A DNA stretch of 63,023 bases, counting the filler, from Thraustochytrium aureum (lineage: Eukaryota), in assembly GCA_012862495.1 (NCBI GenBank). It is 4 parts of 3 records of this genome, joined end to end, with 100 filler letters (N's around TTAATTAATTAA, not from the genome) between each part and the next. Parts side by side here need not be neighbours in the genome. Positions count along the whole stretch, not along the records: positions 1 to 26,736 come from BLSG01000323.1; 3 more parts are not named here. One strand, 5' to 3'. The notes under the pieces were generated by a model. That model did no database searches, was not told the DNA's origin, and saw only the letters and a program-made list of their open reading frames with translations. Below, in pieces: positions 11,701 to 24,277 of the stretch. Each line of letters opens with the position of its first letter. Within the stretch, counting starts at the first letter, position 1. A program made the position numbers and the translations under genes.

Positions 11701-14700
11701 AGCCGCGCTCGTGCGCTTCGAGGAGCTGGTGGTCAACATCAACGACATCGTCGACAACAGGGTGGAGAAAAACCTCAAACAGGTCGGAAAGGCAGTGCTT
11801 GTCGACCTTCCCACCGACGGCCTCCTCACGCTGGACGAGTTTGTGCAAAAGCAAGAGGCCTTCGTCAAGCACAAGACGCGCTTCCTCGAGTCGAAAAACG
11901 TCGAAATTGAGACCGCTGTGCGCGACCTTGTGCGCCTCGTCAAGGGCTACAGGTTCATCACCGCCGGGATGGCCGGGCCGCAGTCGATCGCTGCCAGCGC
12001 GGTGGGGCGGCAGGCGGTGCTGCTGGCTACGCCCCGTCCCAAGCCCAGGGAGGCTCTGGCAAGGGGGGCGCCACGATCGCGTCCGCGCCAGGACTTGGCT
12101 CCAGCGGGCTCAGCTCGCCGCAAGGAGCAGCGCTCGCACTTCTTGGGGCAGCCGGGACCGCGGGCGCCGTCGTGCCGACCGAGGCCGAGCACGACGCCAA
12201 CTGCCGATTCATCGTGGACCACTACAACCGCATGATGTATCAGGGCCTCTTGCAGGCCACGAAAAACTCGCTTGCTGCCATTAAAAAGCGGGTCTGCGCC
12301 AAAGGCTCCACCGGGTTTCTTTACCTGGTGAAACCTTTCTTCGAGGTGGACGTGCAGCTCAGCGTCCCAAGCGTGCGCCTGGTGCCCTCGCTGGACGAGG
12401 TGCAAAACTGCATCAACAAATGCGCGCAAAGCATTTTGTGGGCCACCAAGAGCATCTGGGAGTGGGGCCAGCTCGAGCTCAAGGCGGTTGTCGAGCCCTC
12501 CACCGGCGCGCCGAGCTGCAACAAGGTCAGCTTTTTCGAGCGCATCGGCAAGGACGTTCAGATCGTGCGGTCCGTGCTCCTTCTCACCGGCGCTCTCCTC
12601 GGCACCCAAAACCACGTGCGCGAGTATCTGGCGGGATTCTCCGGCTACGACTGGCTCTGGAAGGAGGACATGGAGTACCAGTACAAAAAGTTTATCGACC
12701 GCAACCCGTCTATCGACGACTTTGAGCAGGAGCTCAGCCGCTTTGTGGCGATCGAAAACCAGATCAGGCAGATCGCAGGCGTGCACAACATCGGAGCCCT
12801 CTCGCTCAACACCAACAACCTCAAGCTCCAGCTCCAGAGCGAGGCCTCGCAGTGGAAGGTCCAGTACTCGGACAAGGTGCACCAGCAGGCCTTTGTGGCA
12901 ATGGAGAAGCTGCTCGAGTACATCCGCCTAACGCACCAACGCGTCGGCCGAGAGGTGGATAGCCTCGAGTCGCTCAGGTACGTCATGGGCGTGCTCAAGG
13001 AGGTGCGTGAGCGCGAATCCACAATCGAGCAGGAGATCACGCCGATCCTGGACATGTACGACATGCTCGACCACTACCTGCCCTCCGGGGTGGTCAAGAA
13101 GGACGAAATGGACAAAAAGTCTATCATCCGCAGCTCTTGGCGCAAGCTCGGCGACTTTTCTGAGGAGATTACGGACCAACTCGCAGGGATCCAGGGCAAG
13201 TTCAAGGTGCAGCTCGTTCGCGACGTCAAGGCCTTCACGCACGAAGTCGCCGCCTTCCGCGCATCGTACGTTTCCAGCGGGCCCATGGTTGTGGGCCTCA
13301 AGCCCAAAGAGGCTGTGGAGCGCCTCCGTCGCTTCAAGAGCGACTACGAAGTTCGTGCGCGCAAGGCTGAGACGCTCGCGGCGGGCGAGGAGCTCTTTGC
13401 CCTCAAGCCCACGTCGCACCCCGAGCTGGTGAAGACCAAAAAGGAGCTAAACCTCCTGGACCAGCTCTATGGCCTCTACATCGACGTCGTGGACACGATG
13501 GAGATGTATCGCAACCAGCTCTGGGCCGAGTGCGTCAAGAACGTCGGCTCGATGTCCGACAAGGTGGCCGAGTTTGAGAACCGGTGCAAACGCCTGCCCG
13601 CAAAACTGCGCGACTGGGACGCGTACCGCGACCTGCGCCACGACCTCACCGACTTTGAGAGCATCTTGCCGCTCCTGCAAGAGCTCAGCAAGCCTTCCAT
13701 CAAGAACCGGCACTGGGCGCAGGTCTCGCACCTGACGGGGATCCGCTTCAACATCGACGTCTCCAAGCTCCGCGAGCTGTGGCATCCCACGATGCTCAAT
13801 CACAAAGAGGAGATCGAAGAAATCTGCCACGGCGCCGACAAAGAGCAAGAGATCGAGGAGAAAATCAGCTCAATCAAGGAGAAGTGGGCCGCCGAGCACT
13901 TTCAGTTCACCAAGTGGCGCCAGCGCGACTGCCGCGTGCTCAAGGGGTTTGGCCAAACCATCGAAGACCTCGAGGAATCGCAGCTCTCTTGCCAAAGCAT
14001 GCTTTCGATGCGGCACGTCGTTCCGTTCCGCGACGAGGTCGTCAACATCCTCGCTCAGCTCTCCGAAACCGGCGAGACGCTCGAGCGCTGGGTCAAAGTG
14101 CAGCTCCTGTGGATGTCGCTGGAGAGTGTATTCACGGGCGGTGACATTGCCAAGCAGATGCCGCAGGACGCGAAAAAGTTTGCCAAGATCGACAAGGACT
14201 TTCACAAGATCATGGAGCGCGCCCAAGAGTCGATGGGCAACGTCGTCTCGTGCTGCTCGAACGAGCTGCTCAAGAACACGCTTCCCGTCCTCTACAGCGA
14301 CCTCGAGCGCTGCCAGAAGAGCCTCGAGGGCTACCTGGAGCAGAAGCGCGCAAGGTTTCCGCGCTTTTATTTTGTCAGCAACTCGGTGCTCCTGCAGGTG
14401 CTCTCGCAAGGTTCCGACGTGGAGAGCGTGCAGCCCTACTATGAGAAAATCTTTGACGCCGTGAGCCAGGTCACGCATGCCGATAACGACGTGCAAACGA
14501 TCACGGAAATCAAGTCGATCATGGGCTTGGATCGCGAGGTCGTTCCCTTCTCCACCCCAGTGCATGCGTCAGGCAACATTGAAGACTGGCTCCTCACCTT
14601 GGAGAAGGAGATGAGGCGCACCATGAAGGACATCTGCCGCGAGGCCGCCGTCGAGTGCCTTCGCAGCGATCTGCTCGACTTTGTGGACGACTTTACGGCC

Positions 14701-17700
14701 CAGTTTGCTCTGCTCGGGCTGCAATTTAGCTGGACCGCGCAGGTCTCCGAGGCGCTCGCTGCGTGCAAGTCGAGCAAGACGATCATGGCCGAGACCAACA
14801 AGCTGCAGCTGGGCATCCTCACCAAGCTAAGCGCGCTCTGCCTCACAGACCTCGGGTCCAAGATGAATCGCAAGAAAATAGAGACGCTCGTCACAATCCA
14901 GGTGCACCAGCGAGACGTGTTCAGCGACCTGTTCCGGCTCTACAAAGACCGCAAGGTCTCCTCGGCCGACGACTTTGACTGGCTCAAGCAAGCTCGCTTC
15001 TACTGGGTCCCAGAGGGAACCGACCAGGTCGGGCCGGGCGGGGCTTGCTCGGTTGCCGTCTGCGACGCCGCTTTCGACTACTCGTACGAGTACCTCGGCT
15101 GCAAAGAGCGCCTCGTGGTGACCCCGCTCACAGACCGATGCTACGTGACCTTGACGCAAGCGCTGGCCATGAACCTTGGCGGCGCCCCCGCGGGCCCGGC
15201 TGGGACCGGCAAGACCGAGACCGTCAAGGACCTCGGCCGCAGCCTCGGGCTCTATGTAGTTGTCACAAACTGCACCGACCAGCAGCGGTACACAGACATG
15301 GCCAAGATCTTCAAAGGCCTCTGCCGAGCGGGGATCTGGGGCTGCTTTGACGAGTTTAACCGGATCGAGCTCCCTGTTCTCTCCGTCGTCGCGCAACAAA
15401 TCCTCGCGATCACAAACGCCAAGCGCATGCAGAGCGCAACGCTCACTTTCCCGGGCGACCCGGACGTGATATCGCTCAACCCGTTGGTGGGCTACTTCAT
15501 CACGATGAACCCGGGCTACGCGGGCCGCAACGAGCTCCCAGAAAACCTCAAGGCGCTTTTCCGCAGCGTAGCTATGATGGTTCCCGACCGTGAGATCATC
15601 ATTCGGGTCAAGCTTTGTAGCGTGGGGTACACAAAGTTCACCGAGCTCGCCAAGAAGTTCAACGCCTTGTACCTGTGCTGCGAAGAGCAACTCAGCCTCC
15701 AGCACCACTACGACTTTGGCTTGCGCAACATCCTATCCGTGCTCCGGACGGCGGGCGAGACCAAGCGAGGCAACCAGGCCCAGGACGAGCACCTTTTGGT
15801 CATGCGGACGCTGCGTGACATGAATCTGAGCAAGCTCGTCGCGGAGGACGTCCCGCTCTTTCTATCGCTGCTTGAGGACTTCTTCCCTGCAGTCGAGCCA
15901 GACGCGACGCAGAAGAGCGAGGCCCCGACCGCTGCGGCACCTTCTGGTGACGAGCTCGCGTTCCAGCAAGCGCTGGACGCGACCGTGACGCGGCTCGGGC
16001 TCCAGCGCCATGCACGGTGGATGCAAAAGGTGGCTCAGGTTCGCGACACCGCCGAGGTGCGACACGGCCTGATGCTGATCGGCCCCGCAGGCAGCGGCAA
16101 ATCGACGTGCCTCGAGGTCCTTGCAGAGACGCGGACTCAAGCACTCGGGGCCGCCAACAAGATTGTCAGGCTCAACCCAAAAGCGGTCCGCGTCGCCGAA
16201 CTCTTTGGCGAGACGGACCCTGTCAGCAAGGAGTGGGTGGACGGCGTTTTTTCAACCATGTGGCAAAAGTACAACGACCGGTCCCGCCGCGACTTTACCT
16301 GGCTCGTGTGCGACGGCCCGGTTGACGCGATTTGGATCGAAAACCTCAACACCGTCCTTGACGACAACAAGATCCTCACGCTGGCAAACGGCGACCGCAT
16401 CCCCATGACGGACAACGTCAAGCTCGTGTTTGAGGCGGACAACCTCGACAACGCGTCGCCGGCCACCGTGTCGCGCGCTGGCATCATATACGTAAGCGAA
16501 ACTGACCTGGACTGGGAGCCTGTGCTGGCAAGCTGGATCGACAAGCAGCAAGAGACGCACCAGCCGATCCTGCGCGAGCTGTTTCAGCGGTTTGTCAAAG
16601 ACTGCGACCTCTTCGCCAGCTTTCTGCGCCTGTTCAAGCCAGTCGTGCCACGGTCCCGGGTCAGCACGATCAAGGGGATGGTCGACCTCCTTGAGCAACT
16701 CATGAGCGCGGCGCGACTGAGCGACTCGCCCAGTGACGTGGAAGTGGAGCTCGAAAAGCTCTTCCTTTTCTCGCTGATCTGGACCTTTGGAGGCGTCCTG
16801 GAGCAAGCGGAGCGGAAAAAGTTTGACAAGTTTGTCAGCTCGCTCAGCGAGCGCGCGTGCTTGCCGAACCCCCAGAGCGGCTTTGGGCCCGACGACACCT
16901 GCTTCAACTACCACTTGGGTCTCCCAGAGACAGAGTGGGTCCGCTGGGAAGCCCCCGCGTGGGACGGCCCTCACGGCGCAGGAGCGCGCTGCACGGCCGA
17001 CATGTTCCGCCGCGACTTTGCCGGCATCCGCGTGCCCACTTGCGAGTCGGCTCGGGCGATGCACGTACTTAGCATGCTGCATACTCGGCGCAAGCCGCTT
17101 CTGCTGGTCGGGGCGTCAGGCACGGCCAAGACCTCCACAGCGCTCATGTTCGCCGACCACTGCAAGGCCCGCAACCCGCGCATGATGTTCAAAAAGGTAA
17201 ACCTGAGCTTTGCCACGACGCCGCGTCTGTTCCAGGAAACGATAGAGGCCGAGCTGGACAAGCGCGGAGGCAAGACCTTTGGGCCGCCCAACGGTCAGCC
17301 AATGACCTTCTTCCTCGACGACGTTTCGCTGCCCGAATCGAATGCCTGGGGCGACCAACCGACACTCGAACTCGTGCGCCAGCTCGTGGAAAGCCGAGGC
17401 TTTGCGTTCTTGGACAAGGACAAGCGCGGCGACATGAAGTTGATCGAGGACGTGCAGTTCATGGCAGCTATGGACCACAGCCTCAAGGTCGGAGCTAGTG
17501 GGGGCGGGGCAAGCGCAGACGGCGGCGACGAGGTTGGCTCAGGCGACGCGGAAGTTGGAACCGCGTGCGGGATCCCAGCGCGACTGCTGCGGCACTTCTT
17601 CGTCTTCAACGTGGTGACCCCCGACGCTGAGACGATACAGGAGATTTACGGCAAGGTACTGAAAGTCTACTTTAGCACCGCGCCAGAAGGCCTTGGGGAC

Positions 17701-20700
17701 GGGCTCAAGAAGGTGCAGACAGGCATGGACAAGCTTTTGCCGGCCACGGTCTCCCTGTGGACGCGCGTCAAGGGTGCCCTGCTCCCGACGCCGTCGAAAC
17801 TGCACTACATTTTTACGATGCGAGACTTGAGCCGCGTGTTCCAGGGCTTGCTCCGCACGCCTTTTGAGGCGCTGCTCGCGGGGGAAAAGGTGGTTTACCA
17901 ACTTTGGCGCCATGAGGTAGATCGAGTTTTCGCGGATAAGCTGTCGAGCCAGGCGGACAAGGCCCGCTTTGGCGCGATTGCGGACGAGATTGCTGTTCGC
18001 GATCTTGGCAAGGAAGTCTCTGCAAGCATGTACTATCCGCCCGCCAGTGCGTCTGGAGCCGGTGGTGCAGGCAAAAGGCCAAAAGCGGCCAAGGACGGCG
18101 CGGTAGTGGCTGGCGGCGACGCAACCGCGTCCCGCGAGCTCGTCACCTTTGTGGACTTTCTCCGCGACGACGAGTTTGACGCTGATGGTGTGCTGGTCCA
18201 AGAGGCTCCTAAGGTCTACGAGGCAGCCGAGTCTATCGCGCAGATCCAGGAGCGCGTTCAGCAAGCCCTTGCTCTGCATAACGCAGAGCGACCCGCGAGG
18301 GCGATGGACCTGGTGGTCTTTCGCGATGCCTTGCGGCACCTCCTGCGCGTCGTCCGCGTGTTAGGCATGCCGCGCGGCAACCTGCTCCTCGTCGGCGTCG
18401 GCGGGTCAGGCAAGCAGAGCGTCACGAAATTGGCCGCGTACATTGCGAGGCACGAGTTGTTCCAGATCAAACTCTCGAAGACGTACGGCTTGAATTCGCT
18501 TCTAGATGACATGCGTGCGCTGTATCGCCGCGTGGGCAAGGAGCGCCGGTCCGTCACGTTTCTGGTTGGCGAGGCGGAGATTCGCGACGAGGCATTCCTG
18601 CAGGTGTTCAACTCGTTTCTCACCAGCGGAGAGGTCGTGGGCCTGTTTCCCAAGGACGAGCTGGCCGTGATGGCCTCGGAGGTGCGCTCCTTCGCACTCA
18701 AGGAGCGCCCCGGGTTTGTTGACACGCCCGAAAACCTCTCGCGGTACTTTGTGGACTCGATCCGTAACAACCTGCACATCGTGCTGTGCATGTCGCCTGT
18801 GAGCGCAAAGTACGCCGAGCGAGCGCGTCGGTTCCCCGGGCTCTTTTCGTCCTCCTTCATTGACTGGTTCCTGCCGTGGCCCCGTGAGGCGCTCCAGGCT
18901 GTTTCGAGCAGCAAGCTCGAGGGGTACGAGCTGGAGTGCAGCGCGGCCACGCGCGCCGCCGTCGTGGCGCACATGAGCGAGGTGCATCTAATGGCTGTCG
19001 CGGTGGGCGCAGACTACTTTGAGCGAATGCGCAAGCGAGTGTACCAGACCCCAAAGTCTTTCCTCGCATTTCTGGACGAGTTCAAGACCATGTACGCCAG
19101 ATGCCTTGGCGAGCTCACGCACAAGGAATCGCGCGTGGAGCTCGGCCTGCGGAAGCTCGCCAAGGGGGCGCAGGACGTTGAGCAAATGAAGCTCGTGCTT
19201 GCCAAGGAGGAGATTAAGCTCCGCGAAGCTGAGGCTGCGTGCAACTCAATGCTCAGCAGCCTGGAGCAGTCCTCGATGGAAGCCAAAAAGGAGGCCGCAG
19301 CAGTGTCCTCCATCAAGACCGACTGCGAGAAGGACGCGGCCTCAATCACGGAGGAGAAAAACCGCGCCGCCGAGGAGCTCGCCGCGGCCCAGCCGTTCCT
19401 GGACGAGGCCGAGCGAGCGGCGAACAGCATCAAACCCAACGACCTGAACGAGCTGAAGAAGCTGCCAAAGCCCGGCGACATTATCAAGCTCGTGTTTGAC
19501 GGGGTGATGATTCTGCGCAAGTTTCGCCTCAGCCCCGTGACGGTCAACACCGTTTCGCTCGGTGTGGGCAAGGAGAAGAAGCGGTTCGACTTTGTGCAGG
19601 ACAGCTACGCGCTGTGCCAGAAAACCATGTTGGCGGACAGCAGCTTCCCAAGGCGCTCTTTCGCTTCAGCGAGGTGGACAAGGACAACATCNNNNNNNNN
19701 NNNNNNNNNNNNNNNNNNNNNNNNNNNNNNNNNNNNNNNNNNNNNNNNNNNNNNNNNNNNNNNNNNNNNNNNNNNNNNNNNNNNNNNNNNNNNNNNNNNN
19801 NNNNNNNNNNNNNNNNNNNNNNNNNNNNNNNNNNNNNNNNNNNNNNNNNNNNNNNNNNNNNNNNNNNNNNNNNNNNNNNNNNNNNNNNNNNNNNNNNNNN
19901 NNNNNNNNNNNNNNNNNNNNNNNNNNNNNNNNNNNNNNNNNNNNNNNNNNNNNNNNNNNNNNNNNNNNNNATGGGCCAAAAGCAAAAAATCGAGACGAAC
20001 ACGCTCGCGAGCAAGCGCAAAATGGAGCAAGCCACCGCGCTGATCGAGGGGTTGAAAGACGAACGCGAGCGCTGGACGGAGGGACGGGCGTGTGTTTGCG
20101 GACACGAAAAAGCGTCTCGTCGGGGACTGCGCACTTGCCAGCGCTTTTCTGAGCTATGCGGGCCCGTTCAACCAAGAGTTTCGCGTCCGTCTTGTGGAGG
20201 ACGAATTTTTCGGAGACCTCGTCAAGCGCAAGGTTCCCGTCACGACGCGGATCGCTGGCGCGGGCCCAGACGCTGTGCAAGGGGAGCCGGGCCCGCTCGA
20301 CCTGACGCGATTCCTCTCTGACCCTGTCACCCTCGGCGAGTGGTCGCTGCAGTCGCTGCCTAGCGACCCCCTGTCCGTCCAGAACGGGATCCTCGTGACG
20401 CGAAGCTCGCGGTACCCGCTCCTTATAGACCCCCAGGGCCAGGCGCTGCAGTGGATCAAAAACAAGGAGTCTGCGCGGATGCCATCGTGCGGCGTGACGA
20501 CGCCAGACCACCCACGCTTTCGCGAGCAGCTCGAGCTGTGTCTGGCGGAGGGACTCACGCTTGTCGTGATGATCGGCGCCGAGGAAGACCTTGACCCGAT
20601 GCTGCTGGACCCTGTCTTGGAAAAGCAGGTGGTCACGCGCGCCAAGGCCAAGTACGTGACGATCGCCGACAGGCCTTGCGAGTTCTCCGCCTCGTTCTCC

Positions 20701-23700
20701 CTCTTCCTGGTCACCAGCTTGCAAGGCCTCGGTTTTCGCCAGAGCTGCAGGCGAAGACGACTGTCGTTGACTTTACCGTCACGGTGAAGGGGCTCGAGGA
20801 GCAGCTTCTCGGCCACGTGATCCGCAACGAACAGCGCGCGTTGGAGGACCAGCTCAACGAGGTGCTGAGCTCCGTCACAACAAACTCCCGCCGATTGCAA
20901 GAGCTCAACGAGGAGCTTCTCGCCCGCCTCACTGAAAACTCCACCGGAAACCTGCTGGACGACTCGGAGTTGATCACAGTCCTCGCCAACACGAAAAAGG
21001 CGGCTGTCGAGGTCAAGGAGAAACTACAGACGGCGGACGAGACCAAGCTGTCCATCAACGAGAAGCGCGAGCAGTACCGCGCAGTTGCAGCGCGCGGCGC
21101 AGTGCTCTACTTTGGGATCGTGGACATGAGCACGATTAACTCGATGTACGAGACTTCGTTGGGGCAGTTCATGCGACTCTTTGTGCTCAGCATGGAGGAC
21201 GCGGACAAGTCTGCGAGCGTGCGCACGCGTGTGGCGTCGGTGCTCTCCACTCTGACGTTCAAGGTTTACAAGTTTGTCAACTTGGGTTTGTACAAGTGTG
21301 ACAAGCTGACGTTCGTCCTGCTTGTGCTGTTGCGCATCCTCGAGGACGCAGGCCACCTCAAGCCGCCGCTGGTGCGGCTGCTTTTGCGCGGGGGCGCTGA
21401 GTACGACGTCAAGTCCCTTCCGCCAAAGCCGGCGCCGTGGATGCCGGACCAAGTGTACGCAAACATGTACGCACTCTCCAAGGTGGACCTATTCCGCTCC
21501 ATCCTTGAGACCTGCAAGGAGAAAGAGCCGCTCTGGAAGCGATGGTGGGAGGAGAACGAGCCGGAGCAGATGACTGTGCCCGACTACGAGGCCAAGCTGG
21601 TTGGCGACCTCGGCCCGTTCTTCCGGTTGCTGCTGGTGAGGTGTATGCGCGAGGACCGCACTGCAGTGGCGGTGCAGGACTTTATCCGCACCAGCGACGA
21701 GGTGCAGGCCTATGGCGCGATGCTGCCGTGTCTCGGCCCGGCGTTCGTGAGTTCTACGTCAGACACAATTGAGGCGGTCTTTGAGACGCTTGAGGCCGAC
21801 ACCCCAGCACTCTTCTTGCTCAGCCCCGGAGCCGACCCAACCGATTCCATCGAGACTTACTGCAAAAAGACGACCAAGCAGCAGATATCCATCATCTCGA
21901 TGGGCGAGGGCCAGGACACGGTCGCGCTGAATGCGCTCGGCGAGGCGATCGGCTCTGGCGACGCTGTTCTGCTGCTCAACGCCCACCTGGCGCTCCCGCT
22001 GATGGAGCAGCTGGTTGATATTCTGGAGCGCGTCTCGGCGTCTCTGGAGGCGTTGCGCGCGACGAGCGGCGAAGACGGCGCAGAAGGCGCCTCGGCAGGG
22101 AGCACCGGAGGAGGCGCCGCTGGAAGTGGCGCACTGCAGCAGAGCAAGCTGCTCTCGGTGAACCCCAAGTTTCGCCTATTCCTTACCACGGAGCCTATCG
22201 AGAGCGGGTTCCCGGTGGCGCTGCTGCGCCAATGTGTGAAGATCACAAACGAACCGCCTGCGGGCGTCAAGGCAAATCTCCTCCGGAGCTACACGGGGTT
22301 GGTGGACCAGGAGCGTCTCGACCGCCTCGAGTCAGACGCGTGGCGCAAGTCGATGTACGCGCTGTGCTTTCTTCACAGCGTGCTTCAAGAGCGGCGCAAA
22401 TATGGGCCCATCGGATGGGCGGTGCCGTACGAGTTTAGCAGCTCGGACCTGGACGCCTCGCTGACGTTCCTGGAGCGGCATCTTTTTGCTGGCGACCTGC
22501 ACTTTGAGGCGCTGCAGTTCATGGTTGCCGCCGTCTTTCACGGTGGCCGCGTGACGCAGTCCAAAGACCGTGAATTGCTTGCGAGTCTAGTGGAAAGCAT
22601 GGTCCAGCCCAACATGCTCGTTCCGGGGTTCACGTTCTCCCCGGAGCACAAGATCGGCGAGGTGCCCGTCTACGACGTTTTGGACCACACCGAAATTGAA
22701 AACTACCTCACATCGATCGGGCACCTCAGCGACATTGATGCCGCCGAGATCCTGGGGCTCCATCCGAACGCGGACATAAGCCTGCGGTACCGCGAGAGCC
22801 GCGCCCTCTTAGACGGCGTCCTTGTGACGCAGCCCAAGGAAGCGGGCTCGACAGAGGGGCAGAGTCGCGAGGAGCTCGTGCTGGCCAAGGCAAAGGAGCT
22901 CCTGGAGCAGTTGCCGAGCATGGCCAACGGTTCAACAGCTCTCGAGTGTGTGGTCAAGCTCGGTGGCCTCGGGATTCCGTGCAACGTTTTCCTGCTGCAA
23001 GAGCACCAGCGGCTGCGCCACGTCCTGGCTTTGGTGCGCAAATCGCTCGCTGACTTGGTAGCTGCCGTGGCAGGTGAGATCGTCACCACGGAGGAGATCA
23101 GCGCCTGCCTAGATGCCCTCGCGCAGAGCTGCGTGCCGAATCCCTGGGTGTTCACGCCGGGAGGCGAGGAGTTTTCCTGGCGATCCAGCACTCTTGGTGG
23201 CTGGATGACTGGGCTCGGCCGGCGCGCTGCGCAGCTCGGGTCTTGGCTCTACTCGGGTCGGCCCAACTGCTTTTGGCTCGCTGGGTTCGCCAATCCCGGC
23301 GGCTTTCTCACGGCGGTCAAGCAGGAGGTCGTGCGCCAGCACGCGAATGAAGGATGGAGTCTGGAGGGCGTCGACGTCGTCACTGATGTCTGCTCTGGCC
23401 TGCGCGAGGCCGCCCATGTGCGAACAGCTCCCCGGGAAGGCGCATACGTGACAGGGCTATTCCTGGAAGGTGCTGGCTGGAGCGAGGGCGATGCTACGCT
23501 GTGCGAGTCGCGCCCGAAGGAGCTCTTTGAGGACCTTCCCGTCCTCTATGTCACCTTTGCGCCACGCACGCAAAAGCGCGTTGGCTCCTCGGAGCACGGC
23601 CCGTATGGTGGCTACGTGTGCCCGGTGTATCGATACGCGGACCGCCGCTCTTTGATCCTGAACGCGACGCTTCCCAGCAAAGAGCACCGCCCGAGCCACT

Positions 23701-23744
23701 GGCGCTTGCGCTCCGTTGCGTTGTTGCTTGAGAACGACCTCTGA
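8730..23744 (+). CDS. Axonemal outer-arm dynein heavy chain, gamma type (Chlamydomonas ODA2 / DNAH5-DNAH8-like); apparently intronless; several frameshifts and two gaps
   Basis: N-terminal tail motifs (GPYTEVEYWRRR, EAKDNVKYL, FGKMDLFCRRVIKLIDMFSTIHQF). Four P-loops: GPAGTGKT, GPAGSGKS, GASGTAKT (GTAKT typical of the DNAH5/8 class) and GVGGSGKQ. Also CFDEFNRI, the stalk coiled coil, PLLIDPQGQA (AAA5), ERRKYGPIGWAVPYEF (AAA6) and C-terminal CPVY...HWRLRSVALL. Frame changes near 12000-12170, 19650, 20090 and 20720. Confidence 0.95.
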
Positions 23745-24024
23745 GCGGAGCGCTCCGGCCATCGCACCCGAAGACCAGGCAGCAGCGCAACGCCCGCCCT
23801 CAACGCGGCCCCCACCGCGGCCAGCAACCGCTCGCGGCAACTACACAGCCTCCTGCGCAGCAAGCAGCGCACAGCAGCACAGCACCGTAACAACTAAGGT
23901 AGCACTACGCGTCCAGCATCACAATCGACCGAGAACAAACTCCAATCTCCCATGCCGCCATCCCGCGAGCCGCGCACCCAGCACAGCAATCCACGTCCGC
24001 ATCCAGCAGCAGGTCAGCAGCAGA

Positions 24025-24048
24025 ATCGATCGATCGATCGATCGATCG
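24025..24048. repeat. (GATC)n microsatellite at a contig end
   Basis: atcgatcgatcgatcgatcgatcg directly before an N gap. Confidence 0.85.
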
Positions 24049-24277
24049 NNNNNNNNNNNNNNNNNNNNNNNNNNNNNNNNNNNNNNNNNNNNNNNNNNNN
24101 NNNNNNNNNNNNNNNNNNNNNNNNNNNNNNNNNNNNNNNNNNNNNNNNNNNNNNNNNNNNNNNNNNNNNNNNNNNNNNNNNNNNNNNNNNNNNNNNNNNN
24201 NNNNNNNNNNNNNNNNNNNNNNNNNNNNNNNNNNNNNNNNNNNNNNNNNNNNNNNNNNNNNNNNNNNNNNNNNNNNG

